Of a DNA stretch of 64,000 nt, positions 1 through 14,045 are shown piece after piece; the first letter of the stretch is position 1, and each line of letters opens with the position of its first letter. The DNA is from Octopus vulgaris. Its lineage: Eukaryota. A program made the position numbers and the translations under genes. The notes under the pieces are model-generated. The model saw only the letters and a program-made list of their open reading frames with translations, was not told where the DNA came from and did not search any database. The DNA is taken from the NCBI GenBank assembly GCA_951406725.2, contig OX597823.1, positions 89,156,001-89,220,000 on the forward strand. Reading direction: 5' to 3'.

Positions 1-183
1 CATTGCTTGACAACCGATGCTGGTGTGTTTACGTCCCCGTCACTTAGCGGTTCGGCAAAAGAGACGGATAGAATAAGTACTGGGCTTACAAAGAATAAGT
101 CCCGGGGTTGATTTGCTCGACTAAAGGCGGTGCTCCAGCATGGCCGCAGTTAAATGACTGAAACAAGTAAAAGAGTAAAAAGT
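1..183 (+). mobile_element. 3' part of an Octopus-type tRNA-derived SINE
   Basis: Matches the 3' half of the SINE at 14665-15048 (gcttgacaacc...gatagaataagtact...catggccgcagttaaatga...gaaacaagtaaa); further copies near 21070-21250, 24062-24260 (-) and 44350-44530 (-). Confidence 0.85.
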
Positions 184-788
184 AATATATATATATGCAC
201 ACGCACACACACACATTTCTGGTGTTCTCAGCGCTAGAGGCGGGGGGATATGTCTCCCCGCTAGCGATATAAACAAGAGTCATTTTTCGTCGAAAGCTAA
301 TAGGAGAAATCTTCTCATGGTATCTATTGCAGTATAGTTTTTCCGAACAGAACGTCCGCGTTTAAGTGGAGATAAATATTCTCTCTCGGTATTAATACTT
401 GTTCTGTCGTTAATATATAAAACAGTTATGTAGGTGTGTAAACATGCGTACGTGTGAATGTGTATATATGTACCACATATTAATGTATATAAACACAAAT
501 AGCTTGAACCGAAGTATAAAACTCCATTTGGTGTTCATATTTAAGAGACCGGGGAAAAATATGTCCCTTACACAAACAATCAAGTCGTAACTCCCTGTAA
601 AACGGGAGACGTTTTCCTTCTTTATACACGTATTTCAAAATCATTAATATATAAAAATATAAACATACCAGATTACTTTAACCAAGTAAATATTCCGTGT
701 AACTACATTCGTTTCAGCTTTTAGTTGGCTTTATACACATTAATACTGCATCTTTTCTTGCCTTGTATTTCTGGCTAGTAATTCATTT

Positions 789-793
<5 letters not shown>

Positions 794-862
<69 letters not shown>

Positions 863-977
863 ATATCTATATGTATGTATGTATGTAAATTGAATTCTAT
901 CATATATTATAAATATATCCTATATATACATGCATATATATATTTATGTGTATATGTAAGTATATATCTGTATATAT

Positions 978-1059
<82 letters not shown>

Positions 1060-1068
1060 ATGTATATG
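794..1068. repeat. Compound (TA)n/(TATG)n microsatellite
   Basis: Directly visible. Similar tracts at about 1587-1688, 8332-8720, 27168-27572, 34540-34812, 42178-42343, 42770-43088, 44600-44832, 51006-51215, 57225-57306 and 60290-60593. Confidence 0.97.
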
Positions 1069-1250
1069 TAAATTCCTTCCGTTTCGATTTCCATTTTTAT
1101 TTTTCCCTGATTTCATCTATATTCGATTTGTTTCCATTCAGATCATAATACTTGGTTGAGTTTGTTTCGTACGTAAGTTAATCTGTTCTGAATACTAATT
1201 CACATTACTGTGTAATTTTTTTTTTGTTGTTTACATTTTAGTTTTTGCTT

Positions 1251-1336
<86 letters not shown>

Positions 1337-1612
1337 AATTTTTTCTATCTTCTGCTCAGTAATTCATAATTATTTGTATTAATATTTTTAAGCATTTCAT
1401 ATAGATTTGTAATACAGTGTGAAAAAATATTTTGTAATTCATATTTGTGAATATTTGTGCTTGAATTCATCTGTCTGTAAGTGTGTACATACATACATAC
1501 ATTCACAAACATATATGTACACACATATAGATACAAACGCACACGCTAATATAGTTATTGATGCACAAGTAAACACACACACAAACATATATATATATAT
1601 ATATATATATAA

Positions 1613-1690
<78 letters not shown>

Positions 1691-2197
1691 GTGTGTATAT
1701 GTATGTATGCATGTATGTATACATATACACAAATACATGTCCACACATGTAAGTATTCTGTATTTGTATAGACATTGCTGTCACTAGGGATATCTGTATA
1801 CTTTGTATGCAAATGATAAACTATGTTGTAGTTATGAAAAGTGAATTTGACGCTGTTGAGAATTGGAAATCATAAACTATGTCATGCAACGAATGTAGTT
1901 CGGTGCATTTCATTTCCACCAACTATTCCCACCACCGTTCTCCCTCTTTATGTGTGTGTTTGTTTCTTGTGTGTGTGCGTGTGTGTGCATGTGTGTGTAT
2001 GCACGCGTGTTTGTGTTTGTGTGTATGTGTGTATATATTTTAACTTGTTTCGGCCATTGGAATCCGGGAAATTTGGTCACCACCAACAAGTGTTTTTTCG
2101 AACGAACCGCCCCCAGTAAGTTTAGTTACATTAACATAAAAAAAACAACAAGGGGACAAATTCAAACACCCACACACACATATACATACGTATGTTC

Positions 2198-2228
<31 letters not shown>

Positions 2229-2427
2229 TGTATGTATGTATGTATGTATGTATATATGTATGTATGTATGTATGTATTGGCTAACAAAAATAGTATGCAG
2301 TTTAATGCAATGAAATTTCAGGCACCCCACTATAGTTACTCGGTGTTGTTTTCGGTATTGTTTTTGGTGAAGTAGCGAGTTGAACGGTGCTGCTGTTTCT
2401 TACGTCTCCTTAGAACCCATCCAGGCA

Positions 2428-2716
2428 CTCACCTGCACAGTGTTAACATCTTGGTAATATGCACATGGAATGTTGCATCGTTGCTCATGTGAACCCCCAG
2501 GTCACCCACCGACTCTCACTCTGGGATCGTATTACCTTCTGGTCCAGTGTATTCCAAATTTATCTTAGTATTGGACCAATAGTGGTCCAATATATATACA
2601 CGTGGGGTTTCTGGGGTTTCCAGATTCATGAGGCATCATGCCGTGAGCAGGAATTAATCTTCCCTCTTCGCTCCTTTGCGGCACATGGGCTCAACTCCCC
2701 TCTTCTGTTCATCTGA
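2428..2716 (+). pseudogene. Decayed Penelope-like retroelement GIY-YIG endonuclease C-terminal region
   Basis: Frame ends REQELIFPLRSFAAHGLNSPLLFI*, fitting the PLE C-terminal pattern RE.xxIF.L.tl.P.GLN. Upstream LTCT/VNILVICTW (frameshifted) resembles FTCTSSNVIYCISC. Followed by a pyrimidine-rich tail and TA repeats. Confidence 0.65.
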
Positions 2717-2884
2717 CACCTACTTCCTTTCTTCATCTGATATCTACTACCTCTCTTCACTCCTTCCTATCTCCTCTCTTCCTATCAGTATATATATATA
2801 ATTATATATATATCATTTTACATATATATAAATTTCTGGGGAAAGAAATTCAATCAAATAACGAAATTTGGGAAAATACGTTCA

Positions 2885-3900
2885 GTTTTTCGAAATACCT
2901 GGACGTTTTGGCACACATTATATATAGATTTAGTTTAACTTTGCAAAGAAATATTCAAATGAGTTTGCTTTGACGTAATATCACACTGATGTGAAGCATT
3001 TCTTCAGAAATACCTACTAATTCCCATTGCTGATCTGTCCTTCAACAAATCGATTTTTCCTTCTCATGCAATGATAAAACCTTTGACTAATGCTTGGCCT
3101 ACTGACAGCCAGAACCCTTTAGAATGATGTGAAAAATCTACACAGTATTCTTCACCATGCAACTTAGAACGTTACAAAGTTGGAGATACTTTGTTGCATG
3201 AGCTCCAATATATTTAACAATGCTAATGTTTTTATTCTACGTGTCACTTCAAATAGTAGATTTCGTACAGAGATTGTAGTGATGGAAAATATAATAAAAG
3301 AGAATAAAATATCTAGATCTGAGTGTTCTAGAATTCCAATAAATTCTTAACCATATTCCACTCATGGAACATGCATTGACGCTGCACACATTCAGCAAAT
3401 TATCAAGATTTAGTTCTGCTTCGCGACATTTATCTTTCAAGTTGTCAAAGTTATCGATTCCGCATGCCTTGCATAAAAGTATACCCAAAGCGAGTAATTC
3501 TTCCTAACAGTGAAAACGCTTAGTTTATATCTCCACCACTAACCCCAGCCAAACATGAATACATATGCTGGGTCACTGTTGTAACTAGATTCATTTATGC
3601 TTAGTGATGAATATTTGTCTTTATTTTTCTGTTTGAAGTCGTTCTTTTACAACCTGAGCGCAATCAACCAGTTAATCAGTTAAGGTTCTTCTTAGAAGAT
3701 ACAGTTTTTGTTTTATACAATTCTGGCATATTTGATTCAAAGCATGCCACAACTGCAAGAATACGATATTTTTTATTACTACATCACTAAAGTACTTAGC
3801 TTTCTTTCACGTAAACCATTTTATACAAAAACTTTGTATGTCTATCAACTACTAGCTAACTGTTTACACTACTTTCCAAATATTTGCTTCACTAGAATCA
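2885..3900 (-). pseudogene. Decayed hAT (Buster/SPIN/GTF2IRD2-like) transposase
   Basis: Minus-strand translation gives collinear degenerate motifs: YFSDVVIK (cf. PFSDGEFIK), YSSLSINESSYNSDPAYVFMF (cf. SLALDESTDISDTAQL), EELLALG...LLNVCSVNACSMSG (cf. EELL...LVSVTTDGAPSMTG), YIFHHYNLCTK (cf. HCIIHQEALCAK), FWLSVGQAL (cf. RWLSRGKVL), DITSKQTHLNISLQ (cf. DITGHLNELNLKLQ). Many stops and frameshifts. Confidence 0.85.
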
Positions 3901-4191
3901 ATTCCTTGTTTTTACACAGATCTTAGTACATGTCTTTGAAACTGCATCTCATCTTTCATTTTACGAAGTTTTAACCTTCAAGCTTCTACTTCCCGCGGAG
4001 CATTAGCTATGGTCATTGAGTTGTGTAATGTTAATAGACATTACGTTATACATTATTACAATTTCCTTCTTCTAGAATAAAGACTGTGTTAGTTTTAGAA
4101 ATTAGGATATTGAAGATCCTGGTTGACTTATTTTCAATGTCTTTAGATAACTTAGACAACTGAGATTTCGGCCATCATTGGCCCAGATCAT

Positions 4192-4228
4192 ATTATGATT
4201 ATGATCATGACCATCGTAATTATTATTA

Positions 4229-4311
<83 letters not shown>

Positions 4312-4381
4312 GCTACTACTACTGCTACTACTACTACTACTACTACTACTAACTACTATTATTATTATTATTATTATTATC
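4192..4381. repeat. Compound trinucleotide microsatellite (ATT/GTT/ACT/ATT)
   Basis: Directly visible. Confidence 0.95.
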
Positions 4382-6094
4382 ATAAACATTATAAGTATTA
4401 TTTCTGTTGTTTTTGATGTTATTTTTCTTTTCGTTTTGCTTTTGTTTTAATTTATACAAGGGACAATAACTATTTGTATAAGAAAATGCAAACAGGCGAA
4501 GTGCTATGTAATTGAAAAAAACCGGTATTTGTGTGTTATAAAAACAAATCAATACAATTTATTTATAAGCCTGTATTTACTTGAAGAGAAATTTACGTAA
4601 ACCACGTGATACATCCATAAGTATGACTTTTTGCATCTCATTTATTTTTGAGCTACCAGATATTTGGTCTACGTATTGTTTGCTCATTTTGACATAATTT
4701 CAAGTGATGCTGCTACTTTGAGATGTCACATTCTTCTGATTTCTTTCTACAGGTCCTTATATTTGCTCAATTTATCAAATGTTTTCAGGAATGTGTTTTT
4801 GTCAGCTGAGGATGCAATGTCCATCAAAAACACGTCTTTACAACAGGATTTTTCGCAATAATGTCTTAGTCGCTTAGTCTGAATTTCCTGTTCATTGTGA
4901 ACACTGAAGCTTAAAAAAGTGATAACTTCAGCATTGTTGAAACTTTCTTTATTAATTAATGAATTTTGTTTTGTGCTTCAAATTTTCCTCCCCAAAGTAT
5001 AAGTATAGCAATTCAATATATAACAAACTCATACTCAAAATTTAGTATCCATACCTTCCCACTTTCCAGACGGCAACATCTTGAAATGCGACACGAACTG
5101 TTTTGTGTAATTTTCTGGTACATTTTTTTGAGCTTATTAAAATCTGACAGCAAAGATGATCGCACAGAATTTACGTAATAAAAATTATAGAAAATTTTAA
5201 TATTTTCCCATTATCATGGGTCAGAAACATTCTTCTAAGACTCTAAACTACTGCAGGCTTGCTTCTGGCTTCTCATTGCTGATTTAGATTATTATTTCTA
5301 ACTGCAAGCAATATTCTCTACAGAAATGGTATTTTAGCTATGTGACAAAATCTCGGTATATTACGAGAGAAGCTATGGTTATGAAAACCCTTTAACCCAT
5401 TAAGCGCTTCAAGACATTATGCTCTTGAAGATTAACGAAACGGCTGCGATTGGTTGTGCGATACGCCACTGATGAGCTCCGTTTCTCAATCAGAATAGGA
5501 ACTCGGCTCACCCATGGCTTCGTTTTGCTCTAAGAAGCTTACCAAAATTGTTCATTCATATTTACGCTTCTGTTTATTAATAAAGGAGGAAACGTCAGTG
5601 AATTGATTATCCTTGAGGGATGGTAAAAAAAAAATCCAATGCTTTAACACTTGATTTTCTCCTCCGGGAAATAATATAGAGATCTTATCATTTAGGCTAT
5701 AAAATAACGGATGAGAAGATGAATGAAATAAATGAATAATGTTGAGGGATTGATGTACGGAAAGAGGAAGAAATGATCAGTTATCTTTTCTCCAGAGTAG
5801 AGAGCGAATAGTTGTTGCTGTTTCTGTTGTTGCTTAGCTCCAAAGTTATACTTGATACAAAAGCTCTGAGAGATTAAAATTAGTAAGAATTTCGTATCTA
5901 TGGCTACTTTATGTAATATGTTCTACTGAAATACAGAAGATTAAAATTTGAAGAAATATTGATTTCAAATTTTGGCGTGGTAACAATTCTGCCAGCTCAC
6001 CGTCTTTCTCCGCCTTAATAATAGTAGTAATTCTTTCTGTTACAGACTCAAAGCCAGCTCGTCGCCTTTCTTTAATAATCCTTTCTACTATAGA

Positions 6095-6232
6095 CACAAA
6101 GGCTGAAATTTTAAGAGTGGGAGCGAGTCGATTTCTTGAACTTAGTATTTAAATGCTACTTATTTTATCGACAACGAAAGGATGAAAGGCGAAGTCGGCC
6201 TCGGCGGGATTTGAACTCAGGTCGTAAATACG
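6095..6232 (-). mobile_element. Meta-domain SINE fragment followed by (GAG)/(AAG)n
   Basis: Contains aaaggatgaaaggcgaagtcggcctcggcgggatttgaactcag, the reverse complement of a B-box plus the Meta-like core gcctttcatcctttc. Confidence 0.75.
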
Positions 6233-8452
6233 ACATCAAGAATGGAGGTGGGGAGGAGGAGGAGGAGGAGAACAAGAAGAAGAAGAAGAAGAAGAAGAAG
6301 AAGAAGAAGAAGAAGAAGAAGAAGAAGAAGGAAGAAGACCAATGTCGACGACTGCTACAGTGCTGCGGATGATGACGAAGGTGATAATGATGATCGTGAT
6401 GATGATGATGACATCGGATAGGTTTTCCATAACACTTCACACTTTCAAGGTATACTTATTCTAAAATCGCATACTTACTTCTTCTGTATTATACAAACTG
6501 CTTATAAATAACATTAAGTTGTTGTCTAGATTTTCTGAACCTTTCCCTCTTTGATAATATACATTACGAAACTCTATACTTACAATATATAGCATATAAA
6601 TAACATTACTATCTTTGTTTCTTCATTGACAGTTCTTAAAGCAAACAAGGAAAAACTCTTCCTTTTGATGTTGTTATCATCTTTACTTTTAAACCAAACA
6701 CGCTAATAGATTGAATAGCTTCCCTGGCTAAAGCAGCGTTAAAGTTTGCTAAATATTCTTTGCTGTGGTTTAGTCTGACGTGCAAGGGCATTTGTAGTGA
6801 CCTTTTATATGAAACCTCTGATACTGGTATAAGAAAAGAAAGAGGATCTTAATATAAGTTGAATCGGAAACTTGTCTTGCATATTTGCAACATAATCGAA
6901 TGCATTAAAAGTACCTGAGAGCCGAGTAATATGATAGTGCTCAACATGGTGATGGATTAGATCTAGCACCAAAAGAAAAACGTTATATATTAAGATCAGA
7001 ATCCTCTCGCTTATACTTGTAACATAGTGGTGTCCACCAAAGGCACTCATGGACCAGGTGACCGTTGTTTTTGTTGTTTTTGTTGTTGTTGTTGCCGCCA
7101 AGAAATGTATGAAATATAAAAGGAAATATGAAGCATTAAGACATAAGCTCGATGCTGTCTGTTAAAGATTGAATAATATAACTGAATTTGTATTTGATCT
7201 GCTTAACTCCAGGTCAGTCTTAATCGTGCAATTATTAAATACATTGCCGCCATAAGTATCTCATCGTATTTTACACACAATTTATTTTTCAAACAATCTA
7301 ATGATGTAACGAATCTTTTTTAAAACGGTTAGACGCATTAGTCAATGAGTACTTCCTTTTCAAGACAATAGCGACTGAACTAAAAGAGATTCGGTTGAAG
7401 TTTTTAGAATGCCGAGCTACTTCCTAAATGTTCCTTTATTGAATCGGATTCCTTGTGATTAATAATATCCCAGGTCAATTCTGATTCGTGAAGCAGGAAA
7501 CACTGCGTTACATTTGTAGCCATTTCGGCATTCCTATAGATTACAGGTGATTAAGTAACGGATAGGATATATGTAGAAATTTCAAATCAAAATGTTGGTA
7601 CCTCATACGTCTTTAATTTGGGTCTTTTTTATCAGGATTGGCTAGGGTCAACTCAAGAAAAATTACACAAGACTAAACGTCTCCTTTCCCCGCATTTGCA
7701 GGCTTTGTGCCAAAATTTCGATCCAAATAACGCCTCTGTAATAGGTTTTTGTCCAAGTCTGTGTCCAACCTATGCTCATGTGAAAATCTCTATATTAACG
7801 TTATATTTTCCAAGATTAGAGGAGTAATGTCAGAAAATGTAGATGAAGAAACATTGCTCAAGCAGTCTTTCTTCGTCATAAATCCACTCTGTCCTCGTTG
7901 TCATCAGTCGAAATATCAAAACAACACTCTCAACACTTGACACATTAATTCAAACACTTCAATAGGTTGGTGTTGAAATTGTCACGCAGAATAATCTCAA
8001 TATCAGTCTAAATCTTCATTCATCGCCATTTCCAAAAGATGGCATTATTGCGCATTTAACTTGATTCTAACACCTCCATCTACAAACGGAATTGTCTGCA
8101 AAGGTTTCGTAGACAATTCTGATTTTGTTTTGTTCTTATCTGTCATAACATTAAACACAGGATTTTATAGGGGAAAATATTTATCTTTGTCGTCATTCGA
8201 ATATCAAATTGCTTCAATTGTATCAATAATTCTAAGAAATTATATGTCGTTTAGATATTCCAAGAAACATCTTCGATCGATAAATCATCTCTAAGTTCTA
8301 ACATTATAATTATTGACAGCTACCTAAATCATTATATATATATATATAATGTACATATATAATGTACATATATATATCGTATATATAAAATATATAAATT
8401 ATAGTGTATATATATATATATCATAATGTATATATAACTTATGTGTGTATAC

Positions 8453-8527
<75 letters not shown>

Positions 8528-8575
8528 TATATATACACACACATATATATACATATATACATACATATATATATA

Positions 8576-8609
<34 letters not shown>

Positions 8610-8674
8610 CATACATACATATATATACATGTACATATATATTAAATATGTGTATGTATATATATATATATGTA

Positions 8675-8725
<51 letters not shown>

Positions 8726-9454
8726 CAAATGTGTGTGTTTTCAACGAAATGTGTATCAACAGACAAATACTAAATAGTAAACGAAGACTATTCAAATGAC
8801 GCTATTAACTGAACGAAGCTCTATCATTACGATGAGTATCTCATAGTTTTCATTGATTAAACTACAGATTATTCAATAGAATGTTTTGATTAAATTCCAA
8901 CTTATCTCGCATTTTATTTAACTGCAACAATTATTGTTACAGTGTTGTTGCCGAATAGTATTTTCTTTTTTGCTTTTTTTTATATAAGAATTGATATTAA
9001 TGATATTCTTATTTTGTAGATCTATGAAGATTTTCTCTCAATTCTGGCAGCAAGTAGTGGAAATATTTGGCATAATGCCGATCATAACATAACGTGTCAG
9101 AATGGAACGTATGGTTGGAAATGGTTGTGTAAGAAATATCAGCCGAATTTTTTTTTAATTCAAAAACACAAAATGTCAGACAGGCATGTAATGTAGATAA
9201 TGGATATATCTATTTATTATTTTTTTAATTATTGAACATTGAATCCTAATGTTATTATTTACAAATACGACATACTTCTGTCTGCCAAACTTCAGCCAGG
9301 AGGCACTGAGTCAACAGAAATCTATGGCAAAAAACACTTATTTAAAGAATCATCCTGTGAGAATTTACTCGAATTCACACAAATTGAGCTTCTTACACAT
9401 CCACACCAAATGAGTTTCGTACTTACTCATCCATGTCTTCGACCTTGATTTACT

Positions 9455-9700
9455 TTCTAACTTAAGCCCTTCGATCCTCAACTAACCAAGCCCATCGACA
9501 ACATTACTCCCCTGTTCTCGACTCTGTCTGTTCTGCTTCTCTCGTATAGGATATCTGTTTATTCAGCTCTGCCTCAGAATCCCCTCCCATCTATTTTTAG
9601 GGTGTTTCTCTTCCGACTCCCTTGTTGGTCCAGATCAAGATCTCGTGTGTATGATTCCCGAAAGAGAGACTTTCATTCCCAGGTATGATTGATTCTGAAA
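9455..9700 (-). mobile_element. Decayed 3' end of an RTE-clade LINE
   Basis: Minus strand gives QGSRKR...HPKNRW... and VVDGLG...EGLK, resembling the RTE C-terminus (QGKRKRGRPKNTWRR...VVDGLC...EGLK). Heavily frameshifted. Confidence 0.5.
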
Positions 9701-10959
9701 TGCCATCGATACCTTTTGAAACTGCCCTACGCAAACCAATTTTATCTCTGAGATGTGGTACATATAAATCTGGCCTCTATTCTTCGACCTGCCCAGCATG
9801 GAAGGCCCTTCTAAGAGCTTGTGTTCCGTTGAAATAGCCTTCAGGGAGATTAACACAAACAAGCCACAACACAGCAACAAGAAACAAGGGGTTGACATTG
9901 TGGCAACTTCGCTTCTGATAGGATACAAGTAGAAAAGAACATTTTACCACCACATCCTACTTTTACATTTATATTGAACACAGTGAAATTATTTCCAGGA
10001 GTATCTGAATGGAGTGATAAATTTAAATATAAGTTGTTTTATATTTTGCATATTGGTTTAATTCCGTAAGATTGATTGAACCGTCATTGAATATATATAA
10101 AATAAAGCGTTAGATAAAACTGATAGAAAACAACATGGTGAAAGTTTTATATCAGTTTATCCTACATTGAGCTGTTAGATTTGATGTAGATCTGAAAATC
10201 AAAGGGAAAATTTTTCTAGAATTTCGTTGAAATAGTTATTTTTGAATAGAGATTAAGAAAACCGTAATTCTATAAAGCGAGCAGGAAAATTGCAAAGCCG
10301 AAAAAAAAGGAGCATTAACTCTTAATATGTTTAAATAAACAACGCAGTAATTTTCCTATCTAAGTGATTATAAAGTGACTTGAATGCTTATAGCATTAAT
10401 AGCTTGAAATTTATATCCTGAAATTAATTCTTATCAATTAAAGGTGTTATCTTTCAAAGCACCACATATGCATAAGTTGAAAGCGTAGAGACAAAAGTGT
10501 AAACCAATTCTCCTTCCTTCTTACCTTTCATCCAATGGACTTTTTTTCAGCGTGAGATCCCCCGCATCGTTCACATTTTACCTCACAACTCGAACACGTT
10601 CAGTGCGTTCCAGATTACTCTTTTTTTCTGTTTTGAATCGGGCAAATTCTATGTGACCCTTCAGTCAGAAGATCACGTTTCTCTAATTAAACACATATTA
10701 ATATCACCTGCAAATACAAGTTGCCTACCTTCATTTACTACATACTCATTGCCTACATACTCTGGAAAGCGTTTTCTCTCTCTCTATCTATCTACCTATC
10801 CATCTCTTTCCCCCTCTCCCTCTCCTTCTTTCCCTCCCTCTTTCTCTCAGTTTCACATGCAGTTTCACTAACCAATCATCAAACAGCTGTGATCATTAAG
10901 AAAAATCCTAGATTATAACGGTTATAAATATTTATACACAGTATCACATTGTTCTAAAC

Positions 10960-11030
10960 CAGGGCTGACCAAACTGAAGCCCGTGAGCAGTATGCAGCTC
11001 GACGACCTTTATCTTTCGGCCCGCTTGATA
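10960..11030 (+). mobile_element. hAT (Charlie/Buster-type) terminal fragment
   Basis: Starts CAGGGCTGACCAAACT and carries gcccg/cggcccgc subterminal motifs typical of Charlie-like ends. No partner end found. Confidence 0.45.
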
Positions 11031-11981
11031 CTTTCTTGAAATGGGTTTATTTAAACTAAGATTTTTAAAATTTCATCAAAGATTAAAGATTGAAATGGAA
11101 AGTAAAAACGGAAGATACTACTGTTTCTGCAACGATTATATATGTTGAATCAACGATTATTCATTCATTATTGTAATAATAGCATGAGAAAGCAAAATGC
11201 TTTCAATTCTGTCAGTATACAAGTGGGCCTCATTAGTGTCAGTAAAGTGCCAGTGGCATCCTGGGATCATTAGATCGGTTAACTCTCTCCCCTAAAAAAT
11301 GCTGGCCTTGTGTCTAAACTGGAGCCATTTGTGTCAATAGTCACTAAAATCATAGAAACTGTTATATTGGTTATTTTCCCTATGTTTGACGTCAGAGAAT
11401 TTTAAAATTAACGGTGAAAAATGAATTCATGAATAATAATTCAGTTGGAATGATTATTCGCATATTTTTCCGAAACACATCTAAACAGGTTAAGAAACAA
11501 AATATGCAGGTCTGTATAGTGTAGCGCAACGGAGATTTTTTTTTTTTTCATTTTTCCGAAGACAGTGTGTTAAATACATTCGGTACATTGGCGTACGACA
11601 TTCTGTGATATCCATGTTCCGAAATGTGTCTCATTAGTCAGAAACAGCCGGAAACCTGATCCTAAACGAAGCCAGCCACTTTGTACTTTCAGCAAACAAA
11701 TTGTTTATTGGTTGGTGCTTATATCTGCCAACAAATAAAAAAAAAAACTGCTATTTGCACCGTGTATAGTGAGATATGGAACGATTATTCGAATATTTAC
11801 TCTTAACACATCTAGGCAATTTCGAATGCAAAATATGCTGATCGGTGTAGTGTCATAAAATAATAACTTCTCCCTTTTATAACAACAGTGTGTTTAGTAC
11901 ACTCAGCTCAAGTTGAAATTATATCTGACAGGTAAATATATGGCATATAACATGCAGAAAATCAGAAATCAAAATAATGAT

Positions 11982-12431
11982 GGTTTCAAATTTTGATACA
12001 ATGCCAGCAATTTCGGGGGAAGGAGTACCCCGATTACATCGATCCAAGTGTTCAACAGGTACTTGTTTTATCGACGCCAAAATGATGAAAAGCAAAGTCG
12101 ACCTCGAGGGAATTTAAACTCAGAACGTAAAGACCGACGAATTCATCGCTAGGCATTTTTCCCGTTGTGCTAATGATTCTACCAGCGCACCACCCTTATC
12201 GGATTAATGATATTGCTTTCAAATTTTGGTATAAAGCCAGTAAGTTTTGGGAAGTGTTTTAAGTCGATTACCTCATAGCCAGTGCTCGATTGGTACTGAT
12301 TATATCGAGCCCGAAATGATGGAAGGCAAAGTCGACTGCGGTGGAATTTGAACTCAGAATATAAGGACAGACGAAATACCGCTAGGCATTTTGCCTGGCG
12401 TGCTAACGATTCTGACAACTCGCCACCCTTA
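11982..12431 (-). mobile_element. Two tandem Meta-domain tRNA SINEs
   Basis: Copies at about 11982-12197 and 12216-12431, each with a reverse-complemented tRNA-like head (...ctgagttcaaattcc B-box) and Meta-like body. Confidence 0.85.
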
Positions 12432-13419
12432 TCAGAATAATAATATTGAGTTAAAGGCTTTGAATTTGGAAGAATGGAAATGATCGATTATATGAACTCC
12501 AGTAATTGAATGGAATTTCATTGAAAAGTAAAATTATCTTCGGTGGCATTAGAAATCGAGTAAGAGTAATAATATTAATTATCAACAAATTTACTTGACT
12601 CAAAAATTTGTAAAGTTAGTAAACTTCACCTGCTCTCATTCTCTCGTCCACTGTCTTTGTGCAGAATTTAAAGAGAAAATCGAAATATATGCCTGACGTA
12701 ATTATAGTTTCTCTCATTTCTGCAATATGTTTAAAGACTTGGCCAGTGGTGTGCTGGAGACAGTAGCATGACTAATTAAATATTTATTGTATGTAGTCTC
12801 GCTCTATTTTGTCGCAAAATCTACCGAGATCGACTATATCTTTTATTACCAGTAATACACTTATGGACATTTCAATTGGTTGTACACCTTGAGCAATGCA
12901 GAGCCTTCTATTCATGTACAAAATAAATACAGAACTTTTTAATATTATCTAGTTATAGTGCTGTTGGTAAAAAAAAGAAAAATGAATGAATTTTATCATC
13001 TTCAATGTCTTCCTTCCTGACAAAATGTGTGATTTTTGAGCCAAGTTAAAATGAAAGCATTATTAACTTTCTTTAATCTTGTTGAAACTCTGCGAGTAAC
13101 ATAATTTAATCAAGTGACTTGATGTATAACAAAGCATCAAAGAAATCTTAATTATGTGTATTTTATTTAAAGTTATGCTATTAAGCTGAGAGATGATGCC
13201 AGAAAGCTTCCTATCCATCACTTTCATCAGTAACGGTGCTTCAGTCAAAATAGCCGAAAATAAAAAAAAAGAACATTTCCATGAAAAATACTTTTAATAT
13301 AGCTTTATTGCATTTCAGAAACGCATTGCACCGGTTTTATTCTGAACAGTATGCACTTAATAGTATATATATACTTCCACATTATATAAAACAGTAATTT
13401 ATTATTTTCGTAGATAGTA

Positions 13420-14045
13420 AGGCAATGAGCTAGTAGAATAGACACAACGTCGGAATGTATGCATCGTGGTAATCATTTCGACAGATAATATTCTGAATTC
13501 AAATCCGACTAAGATTTACTTGGTTTCTTTCTTCTCTTTTTTTTTTAAAATTTTTTCCAGGTGTTCAAATTGCTAGCCTTGGGCCGAAATTACAAAATAG
13601 TATTATCTTTGATATTTGGGCAGTGGATTGGCGGAATACTCAGTGCCGGACATAATCCTTAATGGTATTTGTACAGACTCTCTACGTTCTGAGTTCAAAT
13701 CCTACTAGAGTTAAATGTACTTTTCATCATTTCGGGAATGTTAAAAATAAAGTACCAGTCGAGCAATGAATTCGATGGTATCTACTAAAACATCATCCTC
13801 AAAGTAACTGGTTTTGGGCCTAAATTAGAATCGATTGTTATCACTTATAGAAGGGTGGTTAATTGGCAAAATCGTTAGAACGTTGGATAAAATACCTTCA
13901 TACTATCATTTCAAATCTTGGGATGGTCGAATTTCGTTTTATCCTTTATAGTTAAATAAAATAAGTACTTGTTAAGCATTGGTGTTGATGGTATCAACAA
14001 ACCCTCCATACTTAAATTTCAGTCCGTGTGCCTAAATCAGAAATC
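13420..14045 (+). mobile_element. Run of three old Meta-domain SINE copies
   Basis: Repeated heads (ggcaatgagctagtagaat / ggcagtggattggcggaat / ggtggttaattggcaaaatcgttag) and ttctgagttcaaatcc...tttcatc...taagtac bodies. Confidence 0.65.

Noticed and set aside
845-2375. Numerous ORFs rich in YI/CV/HT/MYVC (also at 8.3, 27, 34, 42-45, 51 and 60 kb)
   Set aside because: They are translations of stop-free TA, GT and TATG microsatellites.
4620-5330. Possible further decayed transposon coding sequence on the minus strand
   Set aside because: No motif that I could assign to a family.
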